Shown here: positions 1-10,545 of the stretch, piece after piece | Position numbering within the stretch: position 1 is the stretch's first letter | How the letters are laid out: each line of letters starts with the position of its first letter | IMG/VR virus record: IMGVR_UViG_3300020331_000002 | Length of the DNA: 64,000 bases | Origin: a virus | Lineage: Duplodnaviria > Caudoviricetes | Strand: one strand, 5' to 3' | Notes under the pieces: generated by a model | What the model was told of the DNA's origin: nothing | The model's database searches: none | What the model saw: the letters and a program-made list of their open reading frames with translations, nothing else | Made by a program: the position numbers and the translations under genes

Positions 1-361
1 AAGGCTTTTTTACTTTTGGTTTGCTGTCCTCCTCGACAGCGACTATGGACTGTGACTTTTCGATAACTTGATCAACGTATTTCCACAGGGAGCCGTATTT
101 GTCGGGAAGTTCTGCGCCGCTATTAAGTGCGTAAAGGTATTTGCCTATTACTGCGAATTCGTAATCGGGCAGCTGGTCCAAGTCTTTGGTTACAGACGTG
201 CCTTTATTCTCTCTGGCCCAGCGAAGGGTTTCGGTTTTGAGTTTCTTTTCCAGCACTTCGGACTGAGCCCAGTGTAGCCAATGTCGCCATTGTTTAAGGC
301 ATTCAGGGCTATTAAGCTCAGTCTTGGTGAAGCGCGGTTTAGTTTGTAATACTTTTGCCAT
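1..361 (-). CDS. hypothetical protein, runs off window (MAKVLQTKPRF...)
   Basis: Manually translated open frame from ATG at 361 to window edge; TAAATA at 391-396; not in ORF track. Confidence 0.7.
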   Translation of the reverse strand, partial: MAKVLQTKPRFTKTELNSPECLKQWRHWLHWAQSEVLEKKLKTETLRWARENKGTSVTKDLDQLPDYEFAVIGKYLYALNSGAELPDKYGSLWKYVDQVIEKSQSIVAVEEDSKPKVKKP

Positions 362-569
362 AATTTCCGTCTGTGTGTTTTAATTATAGTTATTTACGAT
401 GTGCTATGATGCTCGTTCTCTAATCATAGTCACATAAGCAAACAATAATCTCCAGTCATTGCCTGACTCGCTGTGCTAGCAGACATGTACTATCGCAGAT
501 ACTGAAGAGTCGCTTTAAGCGACTCTTCAAACATCAGAATAGAACCATACCTCTTTATATATTTCAAGG

Positions 570-1238
570 CTAGGTGCCTGTCCCGGTGTTTATTCTCCAT
601 ATGTAAAGTGAATAATTCCATATCGAGGCCTTAGAACCGGATAAACCGGCTTTCAGTTGTACATCGATTGTATGCGTGCCTTCAGCCAATGTTAGGATAG
701 AAAAGTCATTGTAGCCGCGTTTGATTGGAGTTCCGGTAGACATGTAGTCGCCTGTAACAAGGTCGTCATTGGTGTCGGCGATTTCGTTTAAGTCTGTGGA
801 TGAATCTAACCGTACTTTCCAGCCGGCTACATTTTGCGAATCGCTACAATTGTAATTAAACCTATAGCCCACAAAGTAAGTACCGCCACCAACAGGCACA
901 CTAAATGTGTTTGACGGTCCTGTTGTCCACGCATCAGAGGTCACGGTAGTCAGTGTCGGTGCACTGAAATAATTAAAGCCTGTAAGCTCTTGAAACTCGA
1001 GTGAGGCGATGGCGGTATTGACATATTCTTGTGTGGCGCTCGAGGCACTAGCAAGGTCTAACCAATCGGTGTTAAGCTCGTTCCTGAATTTTATTGCGCG
1101 TGTGGTTGAGTTAATCCAGACACTTCCAGCGATGACACTAGTAGGTTCTACAGGAGTGTGGTAAATTTTCGGGCTTTTAGATCCAATTTGTATTTCGGAT
1201 TTAACAGTCCCAGTAAAAGCAAGGAATTTATCACTCAT
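570..1238 (-). CDS. putative virion/tail-associated protein
   Basis: 222 aa, Ser/Thr/Gly-rich beta-type composition, QEYVN motif typical of fibre proteins. Confidence 0.5.
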   Translation of the reverse strand: MSDKFLAFTGTVKSEIQIGSKSPKIYHTPVEPTSVIAGSVWINSTTRAIKFRNELNTDWLDLASASSATQEYVNTAIASLEFQELTGFNYFSAPTLTTVTSDAWTTGPSNTFSVPVGGGTYFVGYRFNYNCSDSQNVAGWKVRLDSSTDLNEIADTNDDLVTGDYMSTGTPIKRGYNDFSILTLAEGTHTIDVQLKAGLSGSKASIWNYSLYIWRINTGTGT

Positions 1239-1530
1239 ATCACATTTATTCTTTTTGTTCTTATATTTATCGTGTCCTAAACCTTGAATAGTAAGTATTA
1301 TACTGGAGTATAATCAACTAGGCAAAGGCCGAACAGGAATAGTGTTTTTCGAGAGTTTGTCTTTGAGATTTGTCTTTTTATGTTGTATGCACTTACCACA
1401 AGCCGTACCAACCAAATCCTTTTTGCTAGGCGGGTCGCTTTCCTTAACTGCATGACAAATACAAAGGTATGCCATTTTATTCCTCTCTTATTGTTATTTA
1501 ATACCAGCTCAGATGTAGCTGTGTCAGAAA

Positions 1531-2331
1531 TTAATCACTTAAGTACAGTTCGTTTTCTAGCTCTGCTCTGTATTCTGGATCTCTAATCGCCCGTGCGTAT
1601 CTGTCTGGATCATACGAACTGACTTTACCTGCCAAATAGTACTGATGGGCTTTTATGTTTGATAACTTGCGAGTAACCTGTCCTTCACTCATTATACCGG
1701 TATGGTGATAATGTGATTTTTCCATATACCTTAGTACATGGTCAAGTATCATCGGTGTGTACAGTATGCGGTTTCGGGTTGCTGTGTGGATCAAATGTCC
1801 GAAACTAACTTCTCGTTTATGTGCATTTCCGAGTGGTCTTGAAACAGTCACATAGCGCTTTATATAAAAACTCTTGTGTAGACGATCGGTGTTGTTTTTT
1901 ACTATGGTTTCATATGCACATTGCATGAGGTTCGCAAAAAACTTGGCGCGATCGCCGGCCACGCCGTAATACGGGCCGTCAAGTCTTATCACCTTTTTCG
2001 ACATGAACTGGAAAAACTCATGCTCTTCTAGTAATAAGTACTCACCGACGTGACAGTAATATGGTATTCCTATTCCCATCTTCGCTATAGAAGCGAGAGC
2101 ATTAGCTGTCTTTACCATTTCTTTAGGACTAGGAATATAACCGTCACATACGGCGCTAAGGTCTAGGTCCGGTGTACACAATGAAGTGCCTAGCCGCATT
2201 GCTTGCCAATGTTGGTGATTGCTACCCGACGAATAGTAGTCGAAACCAGTCAGTGATCCAGGCCTACATAACCGAGCTTTCGCTAGGTCTATGTCGATAC
2301 CGACTTTCTCGAAAAGTTCACGATATGTCAT
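1531..2331 (-). CDS. hypothetical protein
   Basis: 266 aa ORF on dominant strand. Confidence 0.75.
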   Translation of the reverse strand: MTYRELFEKVGIDIDLAKARLCRPGSLTGFDYYSSGSNHQHWQAMRLGTSLCTPDLDLSAVCDGYIPSPKEMVKTANALASIAKMGIGIPYYCHVGEYLLLEEHEFFQFMSKKVIRLDGPYYGVAGDRAKFFANLMQCAYETIVKNNTDRLHKSFYIKRYVTVSRPLGNAHKREVSFGHLIHTATRNRILYTPMILDHVLRYMEKSHYHHTGIMSEGQVTRKLSNIKAHQYYLAGKVSSYDPDRYARAIRDPEYRAELENELYLSD

Positions 2332-2369
2332 GCATTACACTCTGTTATGAATAGCTTGGCTAAAAACAC

Positions 2370-2528
2370 TTAGCAAAATGCCTTTAGCCAAGAATCTTCA
2401 CGACCCTTGTGTTTGCGCTTTCTGTTATACTTGGTAGCGTCTTCTTCAACACGCTTCCTAAACATCGGAGTTCTTACCACTTGTTTAATGGCGCTTGGTT
2501 GGCTATGTTTAACTTTCTTCTTGCCCAT
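2370..2528 (-). CDS. arfA: ArfA-like alternative ribosome-rescue factor (52 aa)
   Basis: MGKKKVKHSQPSAIKQVVRTPMFRKRVEEDATKYNRKRKHKGREDSWLKAFC with AGGAGG RBS; matches ArfA pattern AI..L..PLFR.RVE...Y.RK.KH. Confidence 0.55.
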   Translation of the reverse strand: MGKKKVKHSQPSAIKQVVRTPMFRKRVEEDATKYNRKRKHKGREDSWLKAFC

Positions 2529-2570
2529 AATTTCCTCCTGGCGTTAGAAGAGGGCATTGTATTAATGCCC

Positions 2571-2846
2571 TTACATTAGAACTGGTATGATCATCAAAGT
2601 CAACATCAAAGCGTAGAAAATTATCCGTAGGTAGATATTAGTCTTGTGCTTGAATGCCTCGAACCTTTCCAGATACTCGGCCACTTTGCGTGCTGACGGC
2701 AGTGCTAGTAACACCGCAATAATACCCACAAAAGCTTCTAGATACACCGTTAGCACTACGGCAGCGATACAGAGTACCACAACAATAATGCCGTGGCCTA
2801 TACAGTCTACGGTTTCTTCGTCTAAGTCGCTGAATAAATGATTCAT
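2571..2846 (-). CDS. small membrane protein
   Basis: 91 aa with 2-3 hydrophobic segments. Confidence 0.7.
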   Translation of the reverse strand: MNHLFSDLDEETVDCIGHGIIVVVLCIAAVVLTVYLEAFVGIIAVLLALPSARKVAEYLERFEAFKHKTNIYLRIIFYALMLTLMIIPVLM

Positions 2847-2975
2847 AATTAGCCCAGTTCTTCTACTAGGTTGCTGTAATGCATAATTGTTTTTGCATGA
2901 AGCAACGCGTTTTCAATACTAAATGAGTAGCATTCCAAAAAGGCCACTGCATATATGTATATATCCATAACAAGA

Positions 2976-3305
2976 TCACTCCATCGGCGGCACGGTTATT
3001 TTTCCTTGAAACGCAAGTAGAGCAATGGTTTCTGGCTCTATCTTAACAAACGTTTCACGGGTTTTATTAGACGCCCGGTTAGAGTGGCTAGGGGTACCAA
3101 CTCGCACAGATGATCCTATCCACATAGAAGCGCCGGAGGCAGTAGGCTTTTTGATGCGGCCCAGCTTTAAACCCGACGACTTGTAAACACTCACAGCAAC
3201 TATGTCGCCTGCACGTATTTCATTTCCGAGACAGTCAGTCCCTACTTCATCTGATGTATCTGACATAAGTTCCTCAACTTTTTGGCGATATGATTTTTGC
3301 GTCAT
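2976..3305 (-). CDS. hypothetical protein
   Basis: 109 aa, coupled to upstream ORF. Confidence 0.7.
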   Translation of the reverse strand: MTQKSYRQKVEELMSDTSDEVGTDCLGNEIRAGDIVAVSVYKSSGLKLGRIKKPTASGASMWIGSSVRVGTPSHSNRASNKTRETFVKIEPETIALLAFQGKITVPPME

Positions 3306-3637
3306 TACTCTTCTTTAAGATTCAGGAGGACAGGAGTGTCAAACCCGCCTCGTATTTCTCTCTTGTACTTACGCTTATCTTCAATGCCGGTCTCAGAAAC
3401 CTTACCAATTTTGATAATTGCTGCCAAAACTTCAAACACGTCGGCTAGCTCTTCTTCAAGCGCGTCAGTATCACCGCGATAAATTTCAGCCAGAACTTCT
3501 TCGACTTCTTCGTGCGCTTTGTCACATAGTAAGGCAAGGTGATCTTGAGTGGTAAGCTTGTCTACTGGAAGTAGAGGTAGTGGGTCAGATGCAATATCGG
3601 GGATTTTATCCCTGATCAATTTATGCGGGTATTTCAT
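3305..3637 (-). CDS. MazG-like / PRA-PH nucleoside triphosphate pyrophosphohydrolase
   Basis: KLIRDKIP N-terminus, EEVEE and EELADVFEV acidic motifs, KREIRGGF. Confidence 0.85.
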   Translation of the reverse strand: MKYPHKLIRDKIPDIASDPLPLLPVDKLTTQDHLALLCDKAHEEVEEVLAEIYRGDTDALEEELADVFEVLAAIIKIGKVSETGIEDKRKYKREIRGGFDTPVLLNLKEE

Positions 3638-3690
3638 CAGATATTCCTCTTGTTATTATCTCCTTATTATAAGGCAAGAGGCTGTCAAAA

Positions 3691-3942
3691 TCAAGACTTG
3701 GTTGAGAACTTTCCGGAAAATGTGTCTTCGTGTAACGAGTTTGTGAGGTGACTGATATACGCCATATCAGCCGCACGCACTGCGATCATGTTTTCGACAT
3801 AGTCGCGCATGTCATGGGCATCGATAGCCTGATCTAAGGTGCCTGCGAAGCTGCTAATCATAGGTATGGTAGACACACCCGTATAGACAGCGACTCTGGC
3901 CTGATCTTTAAATTGTTGAGCTACTTTTATGCCATCAGCCAT
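3691..3942 (-). CDS. hypothetical protein
   Basis: 83 aa in overlapping operon. Confidence 0.65.
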   Translation of the reverse strand: MADGIKVAQQFKDQARVAVYTGVSTIPMISSFAGTLDQAIDAHDMRDYVENMIAVRAADMAYISHLTNSLHEDTFSGKFSTKS

Positions 3943-4300
3943 CTTTGTCTCCTTGCTTGTTGGATAAAAACCCGGGTATCAGATCCAAGTATGCGTCGGT
4001 GATAGGACACCCTAACAACCTCAAACGAGCAACTGTTTCGGTATCCATCTTCATTGCGCCTTTGCCTTTCCAGTTATCGTACTCGTCATCTACCATACAA
4101 AACGGCAGATACTTTTTCCAGCGCATATATTCATCAACATCGTGTCTGATCATCGGGTGCATCAGAGGTTTCAACTCGTCAGCACTCATTTTACCGCGCA
4201 ATAAGGCTTCCGTAAAAGATCCCGGACTCACACCGTAAATCCAGAACATTTCAACAGCCGAACAAATGTTTGTGTCTAAGCTAAATTTTAAATCGCCCAT
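3935..4300 (-). CDS. hypothetical protein
   Basis: 121 aa in overlapping operon. Confidence 0.7.
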   Translation of the reverse strand: MGDLKFSLDTNICSAVEMFWIYGVSPGSFTEALLRGKMSADELKPLMHPMIRHDVDEYMRWKKYLPFCMVDDEYDNWKGKGAMKMDTETVARLRLLGCPITDAYLDLIPGFLSNKQGDKDG

Positions 4301-4764
4301 GTGAACTCCAGATCACTATCAGAAATCGGCTCGCCGTTCTTGTGCATCATCTTAATAATTTTAACGTAATCCTCGCGCAGCCTCTTCAGTTTATCCTCGC
4401 ATTCTTCGCGTATAATAGATATAGTCTCGTCGAGATTAGATTCCAAAACGCCGGTTGCCATAGTCCAATAATTTCTTTCTATAAAACATTCACGTATCCG
4501 GCGAAGTGCCTGCGCGTCTGTCACTTCTACTTTGACATGCTCGACATAATGCGCACGTAATGCGGCTAGGCGTGATGTAAGCGTATCGGCTATGGATTTG
4601 TCAATAAACATCATCGCGTCGGAGACTACTTCTAAATCAAGGATAGATGTGCTTCGGGGATATTCATAATCACCGTCCTTTTCAATCATGCCAAGTATAA
4701 AATGCAAGTTATCCATATCTTTTTGGATTAGGCTCACATATGGATGTAGTGGATCATTGCTCAT
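4288..4764 (-). CDS. hypothetical protein
   Basis: 158 aa in overlapping operon. Confidence 0.7.
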   Translation of the reverse strand: MSNDPLHPYVSLIQKDMDNLHFILGMIEKDGDYEYPRSTSILDLEVVSDAMMFIDKSIADTLTSRLAALRAHYVEHVKVEVTDAQALRRIRECFIERNYWTMATGVLESNLDETISIIREECEDKLKRLREDYVKIIKMMHKNGEPISDSDLEFTWAI

Positions 4765-5200
4765 TGATATGCTCCTTTACACCCTCGGTTAATGTTTGTT
4801 TAATTTTGGTAGCCAAGTTCCAAAATTTCTCTGCTAGTTTTTGTTCCAACGCATTGTGTTTCAACGTGTAGAGGTCTTTTCTTATTACTTGTCTGCGCAA
4901 TGACTCTATCATCCCGGTACTTCTTCTGAGATCAAGGTGGTGCTGGCGTGTCACCGCTTCTTGTGAACCATCTAGAACACTGCGTGATGCCAAGGCATGT
5001 GAGTATGCATCATACAAATCAATATAGGCACGAATCGCGTCAATCGTCTCTTGCCATTTTAGGGTGTAATCGAGGTTTTCAATCAAAGTTAGCCTAAACG
5101 GTGCAGACGCGAATATACTGTCGCTCTGGTTGACACCGTCAATCTTTGAAACCATAGCGAGTGCATCTATCAGATTAGACCTTAGTTGCTTGGTATTCAT
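4754..5200 (-). CDS. hypothetical protein
   Basis: 148 aa in overlapping operon. Confidence 0.7.
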   Translation of the reverse strand: MNTKQLRSNLIDALAMVSKIDGVNQSDSIFASAPFRLTLIENLDYTLKWQETIDAIRAYIDLYDAYSHALASRSVLDGSQEAVTRQHHLDLRRSTGMIESLRRQVIRKDLYTLKHNALEQKLAEKFWNLATKIKQTLTEGVKEHINEQ

Positions 5201-5874
5201 TATTGTGTCATTCCTTCTGCTATTTTATCAGCCAACGTTCGTACTTCGTTAGTGAGAACTTCGTGCTTGAGTGTCCATTCACCTGATGTCATGAGTTTCT
5301 TTATCGCAATCGCAACCAGCATATATGCGGTAGTAGGCGATACTCGAGTTTCAAGACGCTTGCATAATAAAGCAGGATCACCTAGTATGCCGTTGTCCAT
5401 CAAATTCAACTCACCAAGTAACGCCTTGCACGTTTTGTCAAATTTAGCAACGTCAGTTCCGCGGCCGTGGCGTGCAACGCCCGGGTAGGTTTTAATGATA
5501 TAATTAACGTAAGGCTGCACAGCGAATAAGTCATATCCAATCGGATCAGTTGGTCGTGTAAATTTATGACGTGCTAATTGCAACGCGCACAAATCAACCA
5601 ACATATTAGATGAGTGGGCACGTACCTTGCGCCGCATTTCGAGGCCAAAGCCGTACAGCTTACCGAGTCTCTCGCATAATCGATCAGCGTTGTAGGCAGC
5701 TATACGAAACCGGGCCTGACCTAATATGAGGTGGCCGTTGTCGCGTCTGACATCGTCGATTAACTCACGGTCGTCAGCTGTGAGTTTTTTATACTCGGCT
5801 GGGGTATCATATAACCACCCTAACATAGCGTCGACAAACACCAACAAGGTGTGCCGGTATGGCCTTTTAGACAT
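5200..5874 (-). CDS. hypothetical protein
   Basis: 224 aa in overlapping operon. Confidence 0.75.
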   Translation of the reverse strand: MSKRPYRHTLLVFVDAMLGWLYDTPAEYKKLTADDRELIDDVRRDNGHLILGQARFRIAAYNADRLCERLGKLYGFGLEMRRKVRAHSSNMLVDLCALQLARHKFTRPTDPIGYDLFAVQPYVNYIIKTYPGVARHGRGTDVAKFDKTCKALLGELNLMDNGILGDPALLCKRLETRVSPTTAYMLVAIAIKKLMTSGEWTLKHEVLTNEVRTLADKIAEGMTQ

Positions 5875-6142
5875 TTGCGCATTCCTTCAATACAGAGTCG
5901 ATGTGTGTCACTGCCTCTTCAACTTGCTCTTCGACGGAACCGTTGCACTTGCCTTCTTTGCGCAATTCGACAACTAAGTCGTATCGTTCCATAGGTTGAA
6001 GATGATTGATCCAAATAGAATACGCCGGGTCAACTAAATCAACCGGTGTGCCTAACTCTTCAAACAATTTTTGATCAACTGCTTTGCGTGCCTTCTCTGC
6101 ACTAAGTATTCTGTCTTTAAAAATCATCTTATCACCTTTCAT
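5867..6142 (-). CDS. hypothetical protein
   Basis: 91 aa in operon. Confidence 0.65.
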   Translation of the reverse strand: MKGDKMIFKDRILSAEKARKAVDQKLFEELGTPVDLVDPAYSIWINHLQPMERYDLVVELRKEGKCNGSVEEQVEEAVTHIDSVLKECANV

Positions 6143-6174
6143 CTATTAAGCAAGAATTAAGTTTCTCGCTACTG

Positions 6175-6948
6175 TTAGATATTATAGGGCAACTCAGTCA
6201 GAATAGCAAACTTATTTTCAACAAGGTCTTCTATTAGTGCAACTCTTTCTTTTTTAAGTATCAAGATAGCTTCTTCTATCACAGCATCAAGCTTTTGGCG
6301 TGCCAACTCCAGCTGTATTGTCCAGCCACCGTCAGCGCCGAAGTCAACTATGTCACTGCAAAAGTTACCGGTATACTCTAAACCTGCATCGAATATAAAA
6401 TCAATAAACTCAGTACAGCCGCTTATTATATCCGCTGCCAAATGAGCGTGCTTTGTGCGGTTTAAGAAAGTCCATGAACACAAGTCGTAATTGATTTGGT
6501 CATAGTCATAGTAGCCGTTGATTTTGGTTTCGAGTCTGGATATCAACGTGGAATATGCCACCTCTTGACGCGCTATACGACAAGCTCGTTTAAATTGCTG
6601 AGAGCCGTATTCTTCATCCAGTAACTGTACCGCTTTGATAATAGTCCCGAACGCTAGCTTATTTGAGATACCGATCTCATTCTTGGGCGCCGTCTGTGCT
6701 ACCGTGCCCCACGTAGGAAACGAGTCGCCTGACATTCGTGTGTTGGTCATAAGCCGAGAAATCGTATACGCCTTGTTTTCGAAATTGCGCCTGATCACGC
6801 TTCCTTGGTCTACCTTACCGGCGTAAAAATGCAAGTATCGAATATACCAGAACGTGCGATCACCGGCCCAACAAACCATAGGCGATGGATCGAAATGATT
6901 TAAGTTTCCGAGGTTGAGTATTAGTAACTTATGTTTTTGGATGTTCAT
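6175..6948 (-). CDS. hypothetical protein
   Basis: 257 aa ORF. Confidence 0.75.
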   Translation of the reverse strand: MNIQKHKLLILNLGNLNHFDPSPMVCWAGDRTFWYIRYLHFYAGKVDQGSVIRRNFENKAYTISRLMTNTRMSGDSFPTWGTVAQTAPKNEIGISNKLAFGTIIKAVQLLDEEYGSQQFKRACRIARQEVAYSTLISRLETKINGYYDYDQINYDLCSWTFLNRTKHAHLAADIISGCTEFIDFIFDAGLEYTGNFCSDIVDFGADGGWTIQLELARQKLDAVIEEAILILKKERVALIEDLVENKFAILTELPYNI

Positions 6949-7492
6949 TATATCGTGGTAACCCTAGTACGGCAAGCATATGGTCTATTTCATCTTCCGT
7001 CATAGCGGCCATGTCTTCAGCAGCCGGAATGTAAATATCATCAACAAAATTCTTGATGTGATCTCGCTCTCGCTTCGTTGATTCAAGAAGGTGATCATTA
7101 TCACGAACAAGTATAGTCCTACGACCGCGTGATGTGATCCAGTTACGTGTGCGCTTGTGTATGTTAGACGACAACATCGCTAAGCTTGTATAGCCGCGGT
7201 TTGCTAGCCTGATAGCATCAAATGCGCCTTCACTCAAAAATATAACCTCTGGACTCCAGTGAAAAGTCTCCATACCAAACAACGGCACCATGCCTTCCTT
7301 GCTTGATTTCGAAAAGTACTTGCTATTTGAATCAGTTGTGTCTTTAGACCCATTCGGGTAATATTGTAATATACCGGCTAGACGCAACCTATCATCAGCC
7401 AACCAAAACGTGACTTTGTCAGCTTCGTCATCAACATGACAGTGGTACATATCCACGTCAAGATGTCGTTGCTTCAAATGTTTTCTTATCAT
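6929..7492 (-). CDS. Toprim-domain (primase-like) protein
   Basis: IFLSEGAFDAIRL and LVRDND Toprim motifs. Confidence 0.75.
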   Translation of the reverse strand: MIRKHLKQRHLDVDMYHCHVDDEADKVTFWLADDRLRLAGILQYYPNGSKDTTDSNSKYFSKSSKEGMVPLFGMETFHWSPEVIFLSEGAFDAIRLANRGYTSLAMLSSNIHKRTRNWITSRGRRTILVRDNDHLLESTKRERDHIKNFVDDIYIPAAEDMAAMTEDEIDHMLAVLGLPRYNEHPKT

Positions 7493-8070
7493 TCCAAACC
7501 TAACTCTTCAGTCAATTTTAGTTGGTCGATTAATTTGCGCATACGCTCACGCGGGCGCAATTCGGAAATTTTTACTTCGGTACGTTCGTCCTGAAATTGA
7601 TTTCCGCGGTGGATGTACAGTAGCGACTTGTTTTTGTCGTAGTAAACATCGTGAGTATCATAGTGCATGAGGAACTCAATATCCTCCCATGCGGCGTACT
7701 TATTGCCGAAATTAGGCGTGCGCTTTCCCCTGCGATACATGTTTACCGCAATCTCGTTCAATTGTCGTGCATAGCGACATATTCTAGGAGCGCCACTGAC
7801 TTCTTTAGTCCAGTAACGGACTTGGCCGGGTGTAAGTGTTCTATACTTTAAAAAGTACTCGGCATGTTGTGTACCGATAAAAGAATCGAACGAAGTAAAC
7901 CCACGTCCGTTATGTTCAACGGTAGTAGCTGCTTCTTTCTCGTCTTCAGTTTGACGGTTGTACAGATTTACGAGTGCTTTGCCTATATAAACGGAGACGT
8001 AGTTGGTGCCCTTTTCGGACAATACCAGTGCCATGCTTTCGCGACTGATAATAGTGTGTTTGACTGCCAT
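7489..8070 (-). CDS. conserved phage hypothetical protein
   Basis: 193 aa; RQTEDE...NGRGFT motif recognisable from phage proteins. Confidence 0.7.
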   Translation of the reverse strand: MAVKHTIISRESMALVLSEKGTNYVSVYIGKALVNLYNRQTEDEKEAATTVEHNGRGFTSFDSFIGTQHAEYFLKYRTLTPGQVRYWTKEVSGAPRICRYARQLNEIAVNMYRRGKRTPNFGNKYAAWEDIEFLMHYDTHDVYYDKNKSLLYIHRGNQFQDERTEVKISELRPRERMRKLIDQLKLTEELGLE

Positions 8071-8465
8071 AGTTTATACCTGTTAAATTGAATGTTTATC
8101 AAATTGTAAGGTATAAATTGACCAAAGTAAAGAAAAGATTGAATAAAAAATGGCACACAAGGTAAAAGTAAAAAATCAAAAATCAAGGACTAGGCCTTCA
8201 ACGGCGCACGCCCACAACCCAAAGCATACTATCAACTAATCAAAGGACATCATTATCGATCAAAAATCACATGTATTGGCTTGCAATATTCTAATATTCG
8301 ATTTATCAATATCCTGCGGAAAGACTAGTAATCTACATTTAGTTAACTCGTATACGAGTAATAGGTTTTTACTTTTATTATTCCTAGTGTGCCAAAATCG
8401 GGGCCAGAAACGATCGAAATCACGCCCCTATCTAACAAGGTGCCTAAGCACCCCGTGAGAATTCG

Positions 8466-9050
8466 TTAAACTATTTCAAATTCACGTAGTGTGTCGATAA
8501 CGTCATCTGACAGTGTGATTTTGTTTGCAAGGTTCAGCTCAAGAAGCTCTTCGTCAATTTCACGAAGTCTGCGCTTCTTCAAGTTAATGATGTCTTTGAT
8601 ACGGCTAACATGATCTTCCGACATGATGACCACATCAGCTGTACCGGATCGGTAGTTAAACTCGTCCGAGTTTGTGCGCTCTGCTTTTGACTTGATGCGT
8701 TGATCTAATTCATCAGGGCCCGAAATCAGTGGCTGATGAATGTGGCGCGGGTCGAAGCGCTGTAGCATTTTAATTACTTCTTTTGCTTCGTTGTACTCAG
8801 ACAACAAAACATTAATGCCGTACTTGGCATTTGCTAGCGACAGTTCTTTTCGGATGAAAAACATTGCTGCCGTTACTTCTTCAATTTTTTCGATAGTGTT
8901 CCAGATACTATCTGACGCCTTTTGCGCGGACTGCACTGCCTTTTCCGGACTGTCGAGTGAAATTGACTTAGACATAGCAAAGTCAGTGTTGTGTAGTTCA
9001 GCTGACAGTAGCTTCGCCAGGGCTGAAGCCTTCTTTAGATTTACTTGCAT
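8466..9050 (-). CDS. hypothetical coiled-coil protein
   Basis: 194 aa with AAGGA RBS; promoter-like sequence upstream. Confidence 0.75.
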   Translation of the reverse strand: MQVNLKKASALAKLLSAELHNTDFAMSKSISLDSPEKAVQSAQKASDSIWNTIEKIEEVTAAMFFIRKELSLANAKYGINVLLSEYNEAKEVIKMLQRFDPRHIHQPLISGPDELDQRIKSKAERTNSDEFNYRSGTADVVIMSEDHVSRIKDIINLKKRRLREIDEELLELNLANKITLSDDVIDTLREFEIV

Positions 9051-9237
9051 CGGATTTCCTTCCTTTATAATGAATATTGAATCGCACGTGATTTCTGCGA
9101 ATTACTTTCTTTTTCATTTATTTTTCCTTATTATACATTATTAATTTTCAGTTGCAAGACCTTTTTGGGCATTTCTTAAAAGAAAAGTGAGTAGGGAATC
9201 TGACTTACTACCTACTCACTACCCGGATTGTGAATTA

Positions 9238-9651
9238 CTACTGCGCAGGAGTAGTATACGCCTCACGTTTTCCGAACATGATACGTGTGCTATCTCTGCG
9301 CTCATAGAAACGTCCATTTTCTGGGTTGCGTTCGACCAAAATAGGTCCGTTAGATTTCATTTTAAATACATGTTTCTCACCGCTTTTGTTGCGGGTAATT
9401 TTGTATTCCTGGATAGTTGCGTGTTTGCCGTTACGATCAGTTCTCGTTGCGCGGTCTTCTTGAACCACTACATAAGAAAATCGACCATGTGTAAACACGT
9501 CTATTACCGTGGCTGGCGTCTTGCCTTTCCACGTAACTAAGGTTGCTGGTTCGCCTATTTCGCGACCCTGTACAGGGTCAGGCCTCGGCTGTATTGGTGC
9601 TTTGATAGCTACCCCCACACCCTTAACCACATTTACTCGAATATTAGACAT
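9238..9651 (-). CDS. hypothetical protein (early)
   Basis: 137 aa downstream of TTGACT/TATAAT promoter. Confidence 0.75.
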   Translation of the reverse strand: MSNIRVNVVKGVGVAIKAPIQPRPDPVQGREIGEPATLVTWKGKTPATVIDVFTHGRFSYVVVQEDRATRTDRNGKHATIQEYKITRNKSGEKHVFKMKSNGPILVERNPENGRFYERRDSTRIMFGKREAYTTPAQ

Positions 9652-10021
9652 ACAAAAATTTCTCCGTGTTGTGTTAATTACACTGAGATTATTATACAGA
9701 AACGACCATAAGTCAACAAATTTCCTTAAAATAATTAAAAAACTTCGAAGACAAATTACGTAATGTTAACTCTGATTATTTGTAGTCATGAACCAGCGCA
9801 CCAAAAAAGTTCTTAAAAGTCTGTGTTTAAAATTGTTTTTCACAAACTTAATACTACCAAGTCCCTTGTCGATCTTGTCCGATTCCAGCTTTTACTAGGA
9901 GCACCTACAGTGTGCGCTCGAATAAAACAAAAGTAGCATCCCTGGACAACGTGATATAATATACGAAAGTATATTTGGCCTTGCAAGCATTTTCTGTATG
10001 TTTTACAAGGCCGTGTATATC

Positions 10022-10486
10022 TTACACTCTACGCCTTATAGACAGCGAAAGTCCAGTCGGTTTTACTTTATGCCACGCACGCACTGCCAAGTAATATATC
10101 TTAGCCATATTGAAGCCTAAGTCCTCCAACATCTCTTTAAAGATTACATCAATCTGCTTGATGGTAACCCATTCCATTTCTTTCGGGTACTCGTCTTTGA
10201 TTTGGAGAAGAACATCATGGACTAACGTGGCACGCCACAATTCAGGCCTTCCAATACTGGTGTCCCACTTGCCGTCCCATGTGCCAATAATCATTGGACC
10301 TATTCTGAATTTAGGTGAAGCACCGTCCCATGCGTATCCCGGATGTACCGTTAGTTCACCGGCTTTTGTTAGTGTTGCTAGAACTTTAGTACCGTCGGCT
10401 GTAGTAATGTTGAGGTCGGTATAAGGTTCTATATCGAAGCTCTCAGAAACATTTTCTGTGAGCGTGTAGAAGTAATTTTTAGACAT
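10022..10486 (-). CDS. DUF1353-like protein
   Basis: HPGYAWDGAS and ATLVHD motifs. Confidence 0.7.
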   Translation of the reverse strand: MSKNYFYTLTENVSESFDIEPYTDLNITTADGTKVLATLTKAGELTVHPGYAWDGASPKFRIGPMIIGTWDGKWDTSIGRPELWRATLVHDVLLQIKDEYPKEMEWVTIKQIDVIFKEMLEDLGFNMAKIYYLAVRAWHKVKPTGLSLSIRRRV

Positions 10487-10545
10487 ATCACTTTCCTTAG
10501 TTAAGTATTAGTGATATTTACTTAGATATGAAAATTGGGGCGGTT

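Noticed and set aside
2856-2968. UACAGCAA after a hairpin as a further module copy
   Set aside because: Lies inside a plausible 39-aa ORF (MDIYIYAV...), and AGCAAC can pair with upstream GUUGCU, so the bulge is not free
8100-8460. ncRNA or origin in AT-rich gaps (also 9660-10020)
   Set aside because: No convincing stems or iterons found by eye; short matches to the 41-kb repeats are within chance
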